Positions 1 through 12,700 of a DNA stretch of 64,000 nt are shown in pieces. Source of the stretch: Camelus ferus. Taxonomy: Eukaryota. The notes under the pieces were generated by a model. That model searched no databases and was not told the DNA's origin. It worked only from the letters and a program-made list of their open reading frames with translations. Each line of letters opens with the position of its first letter. The first letter of the stretch is position 1. The stretch spans positions 80,912,001-80,976,000 of the forward strand of contig NC_045697.1 of the NCBI RefSeq assembly GCF_009834535.1, given 5' to 3'. The translations under genes were made by a program, and so were the position numbers.

Positions 1-508
1 ATAAAGAAGATATGGTATATTTATACAATGGAATACTATTCAGCCATAAAAACCAACAACATAACGCCATTTGCAGCAACATGGATGCTCCTGGAGAATG
101 TCATTCTAAGTGAAGTAAGCCAGAAAGAGAATGAAAAATACCATATGAGATCACTCATATGTGGAATCTAAAAACAAACCAAAACAAACCAAAACAAAAA
201 AACAAAGCATAAATACAAAACAGAAATAGACTCATAGACATAGAATACAAACTTGCGGTTGCCAAGGGGGCGGAGGGTGGGAAGAGATAGACTGGGATTT
301 CAAAATTGTAAAATAGATAAACAAGATTATACTGTATAGCACAGGGAAATATATATAAGATCTTACGGTAGCTCACAGGAAAAAATGTGACAATGAATAT
401 ATATATATGTTCATGTATAATTGAAAAATTGTGCTCTACACTGGAATTTGACACAACATTGTAAAATGATTACAAATCAATAAAAAATGTTAAAAAAAAA
501 AAAAAAAA
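1..508 (+). mobile_element. Young LINE-1 3' end (ORF2 C-terminus, 3'UTR, poly-A); 5' part outside window
   Basis: Frame 1 reads IKKIWYIYTMEYYSAIK...FAATWMLLENVILSEVSQKE...ICGI* (stop 169-171), the typical L1 ORF2 end. AATAAA 479-484, poly-A 492-508. Closely matches the reverse complement of 26968-27465. Confidence 0.95.
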
Positions 509-1432
509 GATGTGCTTGTAAATGGGGATTTCCAGCCTGGCACACCTCTGGGGGAACAATCAGAGCCTTATGAGCTGTCCTTTAAGCTATGCCTCTTTTG
601 CTCCATTGTTCTTGGGGAGTCTGTTTTCTCTGAGCACAGCTTGCTCTCTCATGGCATGGCCCAGACACTTTCAAACTTTCAAGTGATGAAATCGTTTGGA
701 CCAGAAAGCATGATGTTGCTGTCACCTGCATTCAGGGTTTGCCCCACCAAAAAATACTCTGTTGGTCTTATGTAGCAGCAGTGCTTTGTGCTCTTTGACT
801 TTCCGAGACTGACCTAGCACTTATTAGATGCGAACTTTCTCCAGGTTCCTATAAATTTTGCCTGTAATTAAATGGACCTTGGTTTCCAAATCATTCCATA
901 ATTTTTATAAATTTTTTTCATTAGACTGTTCTGCTATAATGCAGCAGTTGAAGAACTAAGAATCCCCATGCTGTGAAAAATTAACTTAAAAAGAACTGTT
1001 TTAATGGGCAGGAAGGGTGTTAGGGTCTACAGAACTGAAGAATACATACAATAAATGTATTTACCCTATAGATACTTCCTGCTTTAAAGGGAGTTTATTG
1101 CTCTTAGAACATAGTCATAAAGTTCAAACGTCATGGATCATGTCCAATCCAGTTACATTGCTTCTTGTACATATCACTCTTACATTTTCACATTAAACAA
1201 AGCAGAAAGCTCTCAAGTTAAATAACCCAACATTTTTTTCATACCAAGGCAGTGCCTTGTCCTAATCTCTGCTAATTCTTGGTCTTGCTTGTTTATAACC
1301 AATGGAATTAGCATGAACTAATAAATAAATACATAAAGGATAGGGCTCCCTCAACTTAATCACTTGAATTATATCCATTTCCAGTAACAAAGTGTCCTGC
1401 TTTAGCAGGAAAAAAATGCTGCAAATGGATTT

Positions 1433-1830
1433 ATATTAGGTGTCCATTGGTACTAGTTTATGGTGAAGGCTATATATAGCAAAGAGGTCCAAAAACACAA
1501 TGGCTCCGATGGAGATACAGTTTATTTCTCTCTTATGTGTAAAAGTCCAGGAAGGGTAGTTGGACTTCTTGACATCACCCAGACACCCTGACAAGTAGGG
1601 CTGCTTCACCATCCTCCAGGGCATCATTCTCATCTGCACACTGAAGTCTGATCGCTAAGGAGTCGAGTTTCCCCCAGGGGAGAGAAAGGCGAGTACAAAG
1701 GAGCACTCCTGGTGGTGTGATGAGGCCCTGGAGGTGGCACCAGTTCTTTTTGATCACATTCTATCGGTGAGAACTCAGTCACATGTTTACTCTGGCTGCT
1801 AAAGCTGGTGAGAAAGAGTGACTGAGTGAC
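1433..1830 (-). mobile_element. Old MaLR LTR (MLT1J/K/L-like)
   Basis: Degenerate MLT1 motifs in antisense (gtttatttctctct; cacattctat..gaactcagtcacatg). Boundaries approximate. Confidence 0.5.
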
Positions 1831-4804
1831 TACCTGTGGTTTTCATTCTTTGCTCCTATGGAAGGACAGAACTGATTCTAGAGGACAATGGATCTCTAAC
1901 ACTATAAGCATTGACATTTTGCATCTATTTTGTCGTATATCTGAAAGTGAGAAATCAGGCCAATTTGAATTTTGTAAATTTGAAGAAAAAATGAATTTAA
2001 TATTGGATTATTGTCTGTTAACTCACTGATCATTTCTTTTTAGCTGTGATAGTATTCTTTGATGAATGTGAGTTCTAAAGAGGAAAACAACTGGTATTTA
2101 TCAAGAAATCACTCAAGATTTCCTTTAAGCTTAAAAATGGAAGCACCCTTAGCTTGTAAGCAGAGCTGAATGAATAACCACTCAAAAGACAATCACCACT
2201 TCTTTTGTCACGAGTGTGGATCTGGTGAGGTGTGGTGATAGCTTCAAGGCAAATACTTTGGATGCACGTAGCATTTCAGTTTTCCTGTTACTCCCAACTC
2301 ACTGCTTTATAATTCCCTGTTCCTCAGTTAGAATTTAGTTTAGAAATACAATTACATCTGTGAAAAACACGTTTTACTGAATTTTTAATTCCAAAGTAAA
2401 CTAGAGAAGATGCTTTTCCTCCACAAAAAAAAGATGAGATAGAAAGGTTGAAATAATAAGCAAAGTATATTGAATGAAAAATTCTGAAGAAAAATTTCAT
2501 CTGAATTCAGATTTGATCGGGAGAATGAATATGTGTGTATAGAAGGAAGCTGGTAGAATCCGAGAGGATGACGCCCCCTCACCCCTGGTTAAATTAGGAT
2601 ACATCTTTCTTAAGAAGTAGTAAATTGGAGTTCAAACACCATTATAGTTACCTGGAGCCCTTTAAAACTTAGAACAAAACTACATGTAAAATTAGCAGGA
2701 GGAGAGAAGGGCACTCTCCTAGCAGAGAATTTTAGAGTTTTGTAGATCCAGAGATTATCTGAGCATATATTGGACCTCTATCAGCAGCTCTACACTTTGA
2801 TATTTAGCTTAAAAATGTGCAAAACTAAACACACACTGTGTATTTTTTCATAATCCTTTAGCTCACTGTATTTTGTTAACATCATTGACAAACTAGGTTA
2901 TCTTCTTACAGAATACTAGGGAACAGTTCTTATCTTTGCAGTTTGAAAGGTTAATTATGATTAAAAGAAAAGTCAGTGAACTATTTATCCGAGGAAAGTT
3001 ACCCGGTATAATCCTTCGACACACGCTGTCCAATCACAGCGAGGAAAGGGAGATGCCGTCAGGCCCTTCCACTAGGAAAGGTTCTCCACGTTTCACATAG
3101 TTCCTGTGCTTTGAATCTGTTACTTCCGATTATCACTGCAGTGCAGATGGTGATTAGCTGGTGGTTTTCACCTTTATAATGAACCACCTATGTACAAAGT
3201 CACTGTTGATAAGCTGCCCAGCTTTCCTCGGGGTGAACAACCTCCTTTCCTCGTGCGATGCTCTTTCTCTCCAACTCATTTGAGTACATTCGTGGCCACA
3301 CATATGAGTTATGTGAAGTCTAAGAACCCACAGCATCTTAACTGGACTTCAAAGAGCACATATTTCAGTAATCGTTTTAGAAGAAAAATATGTTATGTCT
3401 TCTTTGGACTGGACCCATGGCAAAGGGCAGTTTTTCCTGGTCTGTCAGGGCTTCTGAAAGTTCAGGCTCTTCCTGCCTGCAGACACACATTATATGCCCA
3501 AGGACATGCTGACAGCCAACTTTCAGGTTCTGCAGAGAACTGCTATGTCTTGATTGTACTCCAAGATGTTCTAGAAACCCTGGGAAACGCAGCTAGTCCT
3601 AAGCAAACTTTCAAACAGAATAGTCTATGACAAGTTTTCTTTTCCCACTTATTTTATTCTCTTCTTTGTTGTATTCTATACCCTAGAAACTCAGTGCTTT
3701 CATCTCTCAGGATGGCTTCTAAAAGGGTCTTCACTGAAGTTACATGAATTGGAGAATCTCACTGTAACAGATTGTGTGATGGATGACAGGTTACTGTTAT
3801 GAGAGAGACTACTATACTTAAAAAAAATGCTACTCTGCCCTCTGACAATTGAAGTGGTCTGAAGCTCTGTGATAAATCCTGCCACTATTTAAATGTTCGT
3901 GTTGTCAAAACTCCAACACAATGCGGTGTAATGGAATGGACATGGAAGTAAGAGCTGGGAGAACTTTACATCATAACGTAATAGCGATTTATTCTCTCTG
4001 AATCTTAGGCACAGGACTAGAGTGTGTAAGAATCTTTCAGTTGTATAATTCTGTGATTTTGTGAATGATATACATGAAAGCACTCCCAAAATATACTGGC
4101 ATAAAAATCATAGAATTTTAAAGGAGTGTTTTATTGTGGTATGGTGAATGGGTAAATTTTAAAATATGTTTTATTTGTAAGTTTTATTCCCAGTAAATTT
4201 CTAGTGATAATGAGGTATTTCTCCTAATAGTTTAATTTCTTATCCTTTGCCAAAAGAAAACCAAGTATGTGTTGCTACAGAGCTAAGAAAAGTGGTGAAT
4301 GGGTATTTGGGGCAATGTGAGTCTCAACCCCATTCTGGAAGTTGTTGCCTGCCAGGGACCTAAATCTCTGACATGAGAGAGGGCAACGTCTTTATCTGTG
4401 TGAGCATAAGTCCTGTGTCGGGAGTCTTGGGGAACAGGGACAACACAGAGATGGCGTTCATTTCATTTTTCTACATAGAAATGCCTGTCCAGTTGGCCTA
4501 ACCTGGCTTGCTCTTACTAGGATAGGGAGAGCTTTGAGACTGGAGAGAAAAAGCATCTTAAGAGGCCCCTCAGGATGGATGTAGGTGAGGGAGAAGATCG
4601 CTGTGGCCAGAGCAAATTTTGCTTCCCTCTTGGCGTGTTCTGACCACAGATGCTTATTAGCAACAACAAGAAGGAACCGACAGGCATCTTGGGGATGAAA
4701 TAACTTCCACACGCTTTACATCATTCTAAGAACATCACTTTTCAAAACATTGTTGAGTTTTTAAATAACTGTTTTTGATCTACCTTAAGATAATTTTTAT
4801 CAAT

Positions 4805-5035
4805 GTAGCACAGCCTTAATGGATAAGAGTTCCACTCTGACTTGAAGTCAGACTGCCTGGCCTCAGATCACACTTTACCGTTTACTTTGAGCAAATTATT
4901 TAACCTTCCTGTATGTCAGTTTCCTTATTGTTAAAATGCCAGTAAAAAGAATATGTACCTCATGGGATGGTGGAGAGGATAAAAGGAGTACTTTGCAAGT
5001 GCCTGTCAACAGAATAGCTAATACTAGATATTATT
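4805..5035 (+). mobile_element. MIR SINE
   Basis: MIR core-like gtcagactgcctgg...ctttgagcaaattatttaaccttcctgtatgtcagtttcctt...aaaatg...tacctcatggg. Confidence 0.7.
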
Positions 5036-8000
5036 TTGTTATTTTTTTACATAAAACCAATTTTTTGGTTACAGATTTCTGTAACTAAAACCTCAGGCAG
5101 CCAGTCAGATGTGTTTATTAAATCTCAACTCCACTAGCACTTCATTTTCTTTTATTTCTGTTAGAGTCAAGGTTCAGATGTATTATTCTAGTAATCTTTC
5201 AAGATTCTAATTGCTCTCAGGACCATCCACTTCTGTGTCTGTCATTCAGTTTTCTTTAATTCTCTCTTACTAGCTTTCAACAAAGTTGCTAAATGGGTGA
5301 AATCAGTAGACACTAAACCTCACCCCATTATCTCATACTCTGAATTAGCAGCTCTAAATGGTTTTCCTTGCCTGTCTGGGCTCTTTACTAAGCATCCCAC
5401 CCAAGAGCCTGCTAACGGTGTGGTACAGACCTGTCATATTATTCTCTCAATTATTATAAAAATGTCGATGGCAGAAATATCTTAGAAATACGGAATTATA
5501 AAGCTCAAAATTTCTACCCCTTTACTTCATAGCTGGTCAGTTAAAGCCCCCAAAGCATTGAGACTGTCTCTCAAAGTACCACACATACTTTCTAGCTCAT
5601 GTTGTTCTAAGATAAACGTCAGATTCTGAGATTTTGCACATTTCTCTTCTTAACACACAACCTGTGTTCTTGCAAAGGGTTCTTAGAAAGCAGTGAGTAG
5701 AAAGCTCTCACTGGCATAAACAATGAGAAATGACAACATCCTAGTGTTATCTCTCCTAATGGTTACAACATTAGCCTAAAAGAATGCATGACAGCTTCAA
5801 CATGAAGGCAGGTAGAGGAACAATGGTTTGCATACTGGGAGCTTCTCAGGACCGTATAAGGTATTATATGCAGGCGCCGCCTAGTCTATCAGTGTCTCTA
5901 AGAAAATTACCTGTGAAGATAAAACATGTTCCCTGTTTAGGTCAATTCTGCCTGGTATAATATTCTGTACAAGCTTTATAAAAGTCCCTGCTACGCAGGC
6001 TAGTTTTACCTGCTACCATTTTTCACTGCAATTAACTCCTATGGATGATGTTGCTCACATGTACCATGTGTTGATAAAGGCAACAAACCACTTTTTATCG
6101 TTTAGGATCACTTCCACTTTTACCAAAGCTTCTATAACGCCATAGTACCTGGACTTCGATTTCTTTTACTTAGAACATCTTTCTAAGGGTAAAAAAATGA
6201 CCTGATAGGGGCAAAAAAAAAAAAAAAAAAAAGAATAAGAAACAGGATCACTCCTCTGTTCCTCAGATAGAGGAAAAATAAGCATTTCCAGAGTACCTGT
6301 CACTCTCCAGGAACTGTGTTTGGCACTGGAGATTTACGTTTTAATGAGATATTCTCCTTGTTGTCAAGTAGTTTATAATGTATTAAGAGAAACTTAGAAA
6401 AAATTAAAAAAGGACACATAATCACATGTTAAAACTACATATAATTAGGTGAGAATAGAAGTGTTCCCAAGATACTATAAGAGTTCAGACGAGGCGCATT
6501 TAATATAGGCTATACACCAGAGAAGATTTTCACAGCAGGTGACTTTCACTGAATTTGTGTGTGTGTGTGTGTTAAAAATTACCTAGGTGTGAAAAGTGGG
6601 ATCTCACTCTAGGAGCAGGAGAACAGAATATGAGCATTGTCCACGAGAGAAAAAAAGGCCCAGTGATTCTAGTATCCCGTTAGATGCTCCAACATGGGTG
6701 GGAAGATGAAGAAGATAGCAGAACAGAGATCAAAGACCCATGAGGTGTCCGTGGAGCCGTGGGCTGACCACACACCAGTGTACAGTGAGATGAGCAGAGT
6801 CCCGCAGCCTTCCTCTGCCCTTGCTGCTCACTGCTCCCACTCCTGCCTGTGCCTCACTTCCCGCCACCCCTGGGAACCTGACCAGCTCCACTACTCTTTA
6901 CTCACTTGAATGCCATCCCAGCTAACGTGTCCCCTTGAAGCACGATCTGTTGCATTTTAGAATGATCTCAAGCTATGAAAAGAACCAGAATCAAACTACA
7001 GGTGATATAAATCCCCCAAATTATGATCATGTCGCTTCCATTCTCTGCTATGTACATTCTTTAAAAATTCAAGGTTCTTTCCTGTCATGGGGGAAATAGG
7101 AGCCCACTGTGACTAAGGTCATATTTAATACAGATCCAACATTTTGTGGGCACTCCCTAAATGTTAAACACTAATGAGAGAAGACGAAGTAGTATAAGAA
7201 CAAGAAAGCAATTAAAATAGATCCCAAATGGCTCCAGCTGCATTAGCAAAAGGGAAAAAAATGAACACTTATCAAAATATAAAACTGAAAATATTTCTTG
7301 GCAAGCATGGGCTATTTAAAGTCATTAGATAGTTTTGAACTGAAACCCTTTAAAAATATTCAACAAAAAAGTATTTTCCAGACATCCTTTACACTGATAA
7401 GGAGAACGTAAAATATACTTCCCTTATAATTTGGATTTTTTAACTTTTCTCTATGATTACATTAAAACGTGAAGTTTTATTCCTTATTGTTTTAGATCTT
7501 TTGTCAGGTAATGAATAGCACATGGTACAGAAAGAATATATATATACATTTTAATTTGAGCTTTTCTGAAGCCCATTGTTCGTTTCAGGCTGCTCTACTG
7601 AGAGTCCTTGCACTAAACGCCTCTGGTTGCATTCCATGCAAGACAAAGGCATATTTTAGGGATGTACCTCTCACAAAGAGGTATTGATGGACCAGAAATC
7701 AGAGTTTGGACAAGTGAACATTTCATTATAACACAGCTTAATTGTTAAAGCTCTTCTTATTGAAAAGAATAAAAATTTCATTAGTCATCACAGTAGCTCA
7801 GCACAAACTCCTCCTCTTTTTCCCCACAATGCACAGAAAGAATGGCAGTTTTAAACTTATCATTGAACATTTTGGAACTTTTGGTTCTCCCTTTCTTTTG
7901 CTCGAAGAACACTAAGAAGTGTTTAAGAAACAGTTACGAAATAACTTTGGAAATAATTTTTAAGCTAAATTTTATAGATGGGGACTGTTAAAAAAAAATT

Positions 8001-8689
8001 CTCAGCCATCACAGGCAAATGCAGTTTAAGTTAAGAGATGCCTGGAGGGCCTACTTTTCCATATTTAGGGCCATGGAATCTTTTTATGGGGTTATTAAGG
8101 ATTTATAGGGCCAACCTAAAGCTCAACTAAGATAAAGACAAAAGTGCTTTAGAAACTGTAAAGATTTTATAGATTTAAGGGAATAAAATTTGCATTGGTA
8201 ATCCTTAACTCTATACAGCTTTTAATTTTAGTATCTTTTCAGCTTCCCCAGGAAAGATATGTATTGATCACTGCCCTAAGTATAAACACGAAAACAGGGA
8301 AGGACCAAGATACAATGAAGATTGCTAATCTGAGATTCAGCAGTCCTGTCATTACTTAGATGATAATATTGAATATGACGTGGAAACTGCTGAAAGTTCA
8401 GTGTGTTAGAGTGATGAAAATGTGACAGACTAGAGGAAGAACACAGATGCATAGCAACCATAGCCCTCACCCCTGAGCAGGCATTGCTAAAATGGATCGT
8501 AGAAGTGGTTCTGGCTAAGACAGAATTTGGTCTCAGAATCTTTGTCAACATAATATCCCATTAAGGTTGATTCTCTGAGTTTAAGCCTATTGGATAGGCT
8601 GGGAATAGATGAGCTTTTAACGTTTTCTTCCCCAGGTCTGAGAAGCTGTAGTTGTCAGCTGTGATTGTGGAAGATCATGTTATCCATTC

Positions 8690-9242
8690 TGACCTTCATC
8701 ACCTCTCCTCCGTAATCTCCTACTTCTCTCTCTCAACCTGCTCCAGTCACAGTGGTTTACTGTTTTTCCCTCAAACACATCAGGAGGCATGCCTTTTTCT
8801 CAAAAACTTTGCAATGGCTGTACCCTCTGCCTAGGATACTCTACTTTTATGTATCCATATGCTCACTGTCAAGTCTTCACTAATCTCAGCCTTTCAGTGG
8901 TGTACACAAGGAGCTGGCAAACTACAACCGGTGGGCCGGATCTGGCTCCCTGCCTGTGTTTGTGTGGCCCACAAAGTAATGATGGCATTTACATTTTTAG
9001 TTGAAAAATATATGTCAGAAGGAGAATTATATTCTGTGATGTGAAATTCAAATGTCATTGTTCGTCAGTAAAGTTTTATTGAAACACAGGCAGCTTTTGT
9101 GCTAACATGCTCTCCATAAGAGCACAAATTCCATGAGGTCAGAGAATTCTGTCCATTTTATTCCCTCATATATTCCCAGTACCCTGAACGGTGTCTGTTG
9201 CATGGTAAATATTCAGTATATATATTCTAGGATTGAATGAAT
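8690..9242 (+). mobile_element. L2 3' end, interrupted by a MER58-like element
   Basis: L2 3' motifs ctttgcaatggctgtaccctctgcctagga and ttccatgaggtcagaga...tattcccagtacc...gaatgaat. Confidence 0.65.
8907..9095 (+). mobile_element. MER58-like hAT-Charlie DNA transposon fragment
   Basis: ggcaaactacaaccggtgggccggatctggc...tgtttgtgtggccc...taaagttttattgaaacacag. Confidence 0.65.
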
Positions 9243-10974
9243 TATATGAAGGATACCTGCATTAAGTAGAAATATATTAGATGGAGTAGTCACAGAAGAC
9301 TTCACGGGAAGATGATATTTTAGTGTAAAGGGCTAAGCATTTTTAAAACATTTTTCCTGGAAGCACTAAATGAAATTTGTGTAGAATAGTCTGAACGTAA
9401 TGCAGAGCCCATGAGGTTCAGAGGTGGTGGAAAGTAGGTTGTGGGAGACTTGGAATGTCTGACTGAGAAGCTTGGGTGTAATCTTATTTTTTAAAATTTG
9501 GATATTTCAGAAAGACCCATCTGATATATACAGGATGGGTTGGACTGTGCCAAACATATATGAGAATTGTAATAGATTCCTAAGTTTGGACAGTGGCAGA
9601 TGAAATGAAAGAGAAAGGATGCAGTGGGGAAGAAAGGAGGAACCAATGGTACCTTTAATATTTTGACCCTTGGTGAAAAAAATGTCCTTGTCAAAAGTTG
9701 AAAAGCAGCAGAAACAAGAAAGCATTAAAAAAAAAAAAAAAACCTGAAACTCTGCTTCAGTTCTTTGTAGTTCATTAAATAAATATTTATGCAGTTCCCA
9801 GTGTAAGAGTTCTGTTGATTTTATGCCACAGAGAAAGCATATATGACAGTAAACCTGGCAAAATCAACCAAACCAATTAGATTTTAGCAGTTAGATCAGT
9901 TGATCTACTTGAGAATGAAGTCAGAATAGGTTTCACTCAGATTTTAAAAATCATTCGTGCCACATGTGTTAAACAGAGATAATAAATCCAAACACACATA
10001 ATAGTTCGTGATTTTTTTTTTGTAGACATAGTGGCATGGCATAATTCTAAGTAAAAGAAAGATACCATATACAACCTGATTCACTTTCTGTAAAATTTTA
10101 TATATATTTAAGATGAGATTTTAGGCTGTATTCTCTTCTCTACATTTTCTGCATTATTTGACTTTTTTTGCAATAAGTATTTTTTTTTACAACTGCAAAA
10201 AGAGCTATTTTACATATTAAACTGTTTTTTTAAAATGACAGTTTAAATATATAGTAAAAATCTCCATAGATTTGTTTAGATATTAGGAATAGATTCAATG
10301 CTAGTTACTTTCTGTGAAGAGCATTAGGAAGCATTTAGCAAAGTTTGAGGTAATAATTAATGTTCCATTAATAAATATTAATGTTCCAATAATAATTAAT
10401 GTTGAATTTTTTTGGTTTAATAAGAACAGGTAATTGATTAAACTAAGATCATGAATTTTGGAGATGAGACCCTGGTCCAATGCCAAAGAATCACTTTTTG
10501 CTTTCCTTATCTTTAAAATGGATTATGTTAATTTTCTCACAAAAGGTTATTGAAAGGAATTAATATAATAAGGGATATAAAACACCTGTCTAGTGAGTAG
10601 CTATTCTGAAAATGATAGCTCTTGTTATTAAGAATTAGGTAAGTATGAAGGTAAAAAGAAAAATCAGAGTTTGAGAATCAAGCTACATTTATTTAATCCT
10701 TTACTAAATTTGTTCCATTTAATGCCATAAGCTGTGCTAAGTACTGGGGAATACATGTATTATCAAGGTCCTGCCCTGTCTTTAAGATATTACCAATAAT
10801 AATACCACAAATAACAAGGTGTTGCAGATGCTATGACTCAAGTTCCCATAGGGCAGAGAATTTGAACCAGGCCAACTCCCCAGGGAAAGTTCAGCATACA
10901 AAACCATGTGCTTTTGTGTGCCCTGGTGCTTTTCACTAAAAATATACATAAAAGCACTTCTATTTGGAAGCTGT

Positions 10975-11450
10975 TCTTTTATTCATCCATTCATTCAACA
11001 GTTATATATTGAGCATCTTCCATTTTCAAACATTCTTCTTGGAGCTGGACTTATAGCAACAAAGGCAAACAAGATTTCTTCTCCCACAGAGGTTTCAATC
11101 TGATGAAGGCAGAAAAATAAACCAGGAAAAAAAAAGACAAGACAGACTAACTTAATAAATACTATTAAAAAAAATCAAACGTGGTATGATTGGTTAGCCT
11201 AACTTAGCTTGGACAGTTGAGTCAGGCTTCTCTGAACAAGGAGTGTCTGACCTTAGACCTGAAGGTTGAAGCTCCCACCACGTAGAGAGAGAAAATTGGG
11301 GAGAAGGGAATTCCAGGCTCAGGAAATAGCTAGTATAAACCATCCAAGGCAGGAACAGACTTAACCAGTTCAATAACAGAATGTTGAACACTATGGCTGA
11401 AGAAACGGGAAGGAGGAGGAAGCTGTGAAGTCAGAGAAGTGTTCTCAGCT
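10975..11450 (-). mobile_element. L2 fragment
   Basis: Antisense L2 tail attcatccattcattcaaca...attgagcatc; internal gtcaggcttctctga...agacctgaagg. Confidence 0.6.
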
Positions 11451-12249
11451 GTAAGCTTGAAGATGAGCTTCTCTATGGAGCAGAAAGTTACAAGGAATGC
11501 TGACGTTTCAAAGTGCAGCGATTTAATTCAGTATTCTAGAATACTTGAGGTCATCTACTCTACCTAATCATGTAATTCATTTACCTATTCAATCAACAAA
11601 TATTTGCAAGCACCTACCAACCACAAAGCCTTCAAGAAATTGAACCCATAGGAAAGCTCAGATGTATACACTTGGCGTCAGAACTTAAGGTCTCATGCAG
11701 GCTGGGAGAGATCACTTTGAGCTAGGCAAATCTGATATTTCTTGGTCAAGTTGGCATTTGAGCTAGGGTAGGTGGGTAGGATTTAGACATAAAAAGTACA
11801 GTGGCGTTAAGGGGCACAAAAAGGCGTTCTAGGGAACAATATGAGTAAAAGCAGAGAGAGAAGTTATTTAGATAATAATGGCATGCTACATGAAATGCTT
11901 ATTATAAAACACCTTGGAGTTTAAAATTCAACAGATCATTGTGAAACCTAAACTTGACCTTGTCGCATTTTTGTCTCCCACTTTCCATTGCAAGAAATTA
12001 ATGTGTATGTCAGTCAGAATTCTGCGAGCTACGCCGCAGGTGTCCTTCATGTATGTATTGAGTGGTAGGTGATATGAGATGGGTAAGCCGTTCCTCCTGA
12101 CTTCACTATACAGCCACACTGGGGCTGATTCTGCTAAACAGTAGCTGGAGGAGAGGCAAAGAGCTGTGAGTTTCATCAACCAGAGTTCCATGAGACAGAT
12201 TAAGTGGGGCTTTCCTGATCGCATGAGAGTCCTTTCTAAGAGTAGTAGG

Positions 12250-12700
12250 AGATAGAGAAAGACCTTTAAGCTACTGTTTGTACTTTAGAAAGATCATTTT
12301 GACTATAAAGTTAAAAAACAGATTGTCAAAGAGCAGGAGTCAGACTGTTAGTTACCTGAGCCAAGTGGGATTATATTTCTGGGAGTGGACTTGAAAGAAA
12401 ATTAGGAAGAAAAATTGATAAGGCTTGATGACTGGCTAGATATGGAGGGGGAGAATAACGGAGTTCTCCAAAATGACACATAGGTTTCTGCACTGGGCAG
12501 AATCTTGAAGTAAAGTGATGTTCTCTCTTTGTTTTTGGTGATGAAGGGAGAAATAATAGGCTGAGTTTTGAGCATATTAAGTTCAAAATGCCTATGGTGT
12601 CACCTAAGAGATGTTCAGAGGGAAGTTGGATATCTATCTGTGAAGCTCATGAGGGAAATTATGGTTGGAGATAGACATTTTTGAATCATCAGAAGAGAAA
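12250..12700 (-). mobile_element. L2 fragment
   Basis: tttagaaagatcattttgact...gagttttgagcatattaagttcaaaatgcct...gttggatat, typical antisense L2 ORF-derived motifs. Confidence 0.6.

Noticed and set aside
3190..3630. 146-aa ORF
   Set aside because: No recognisable homology or coding-like composition; compatible with chance in 64 kb.
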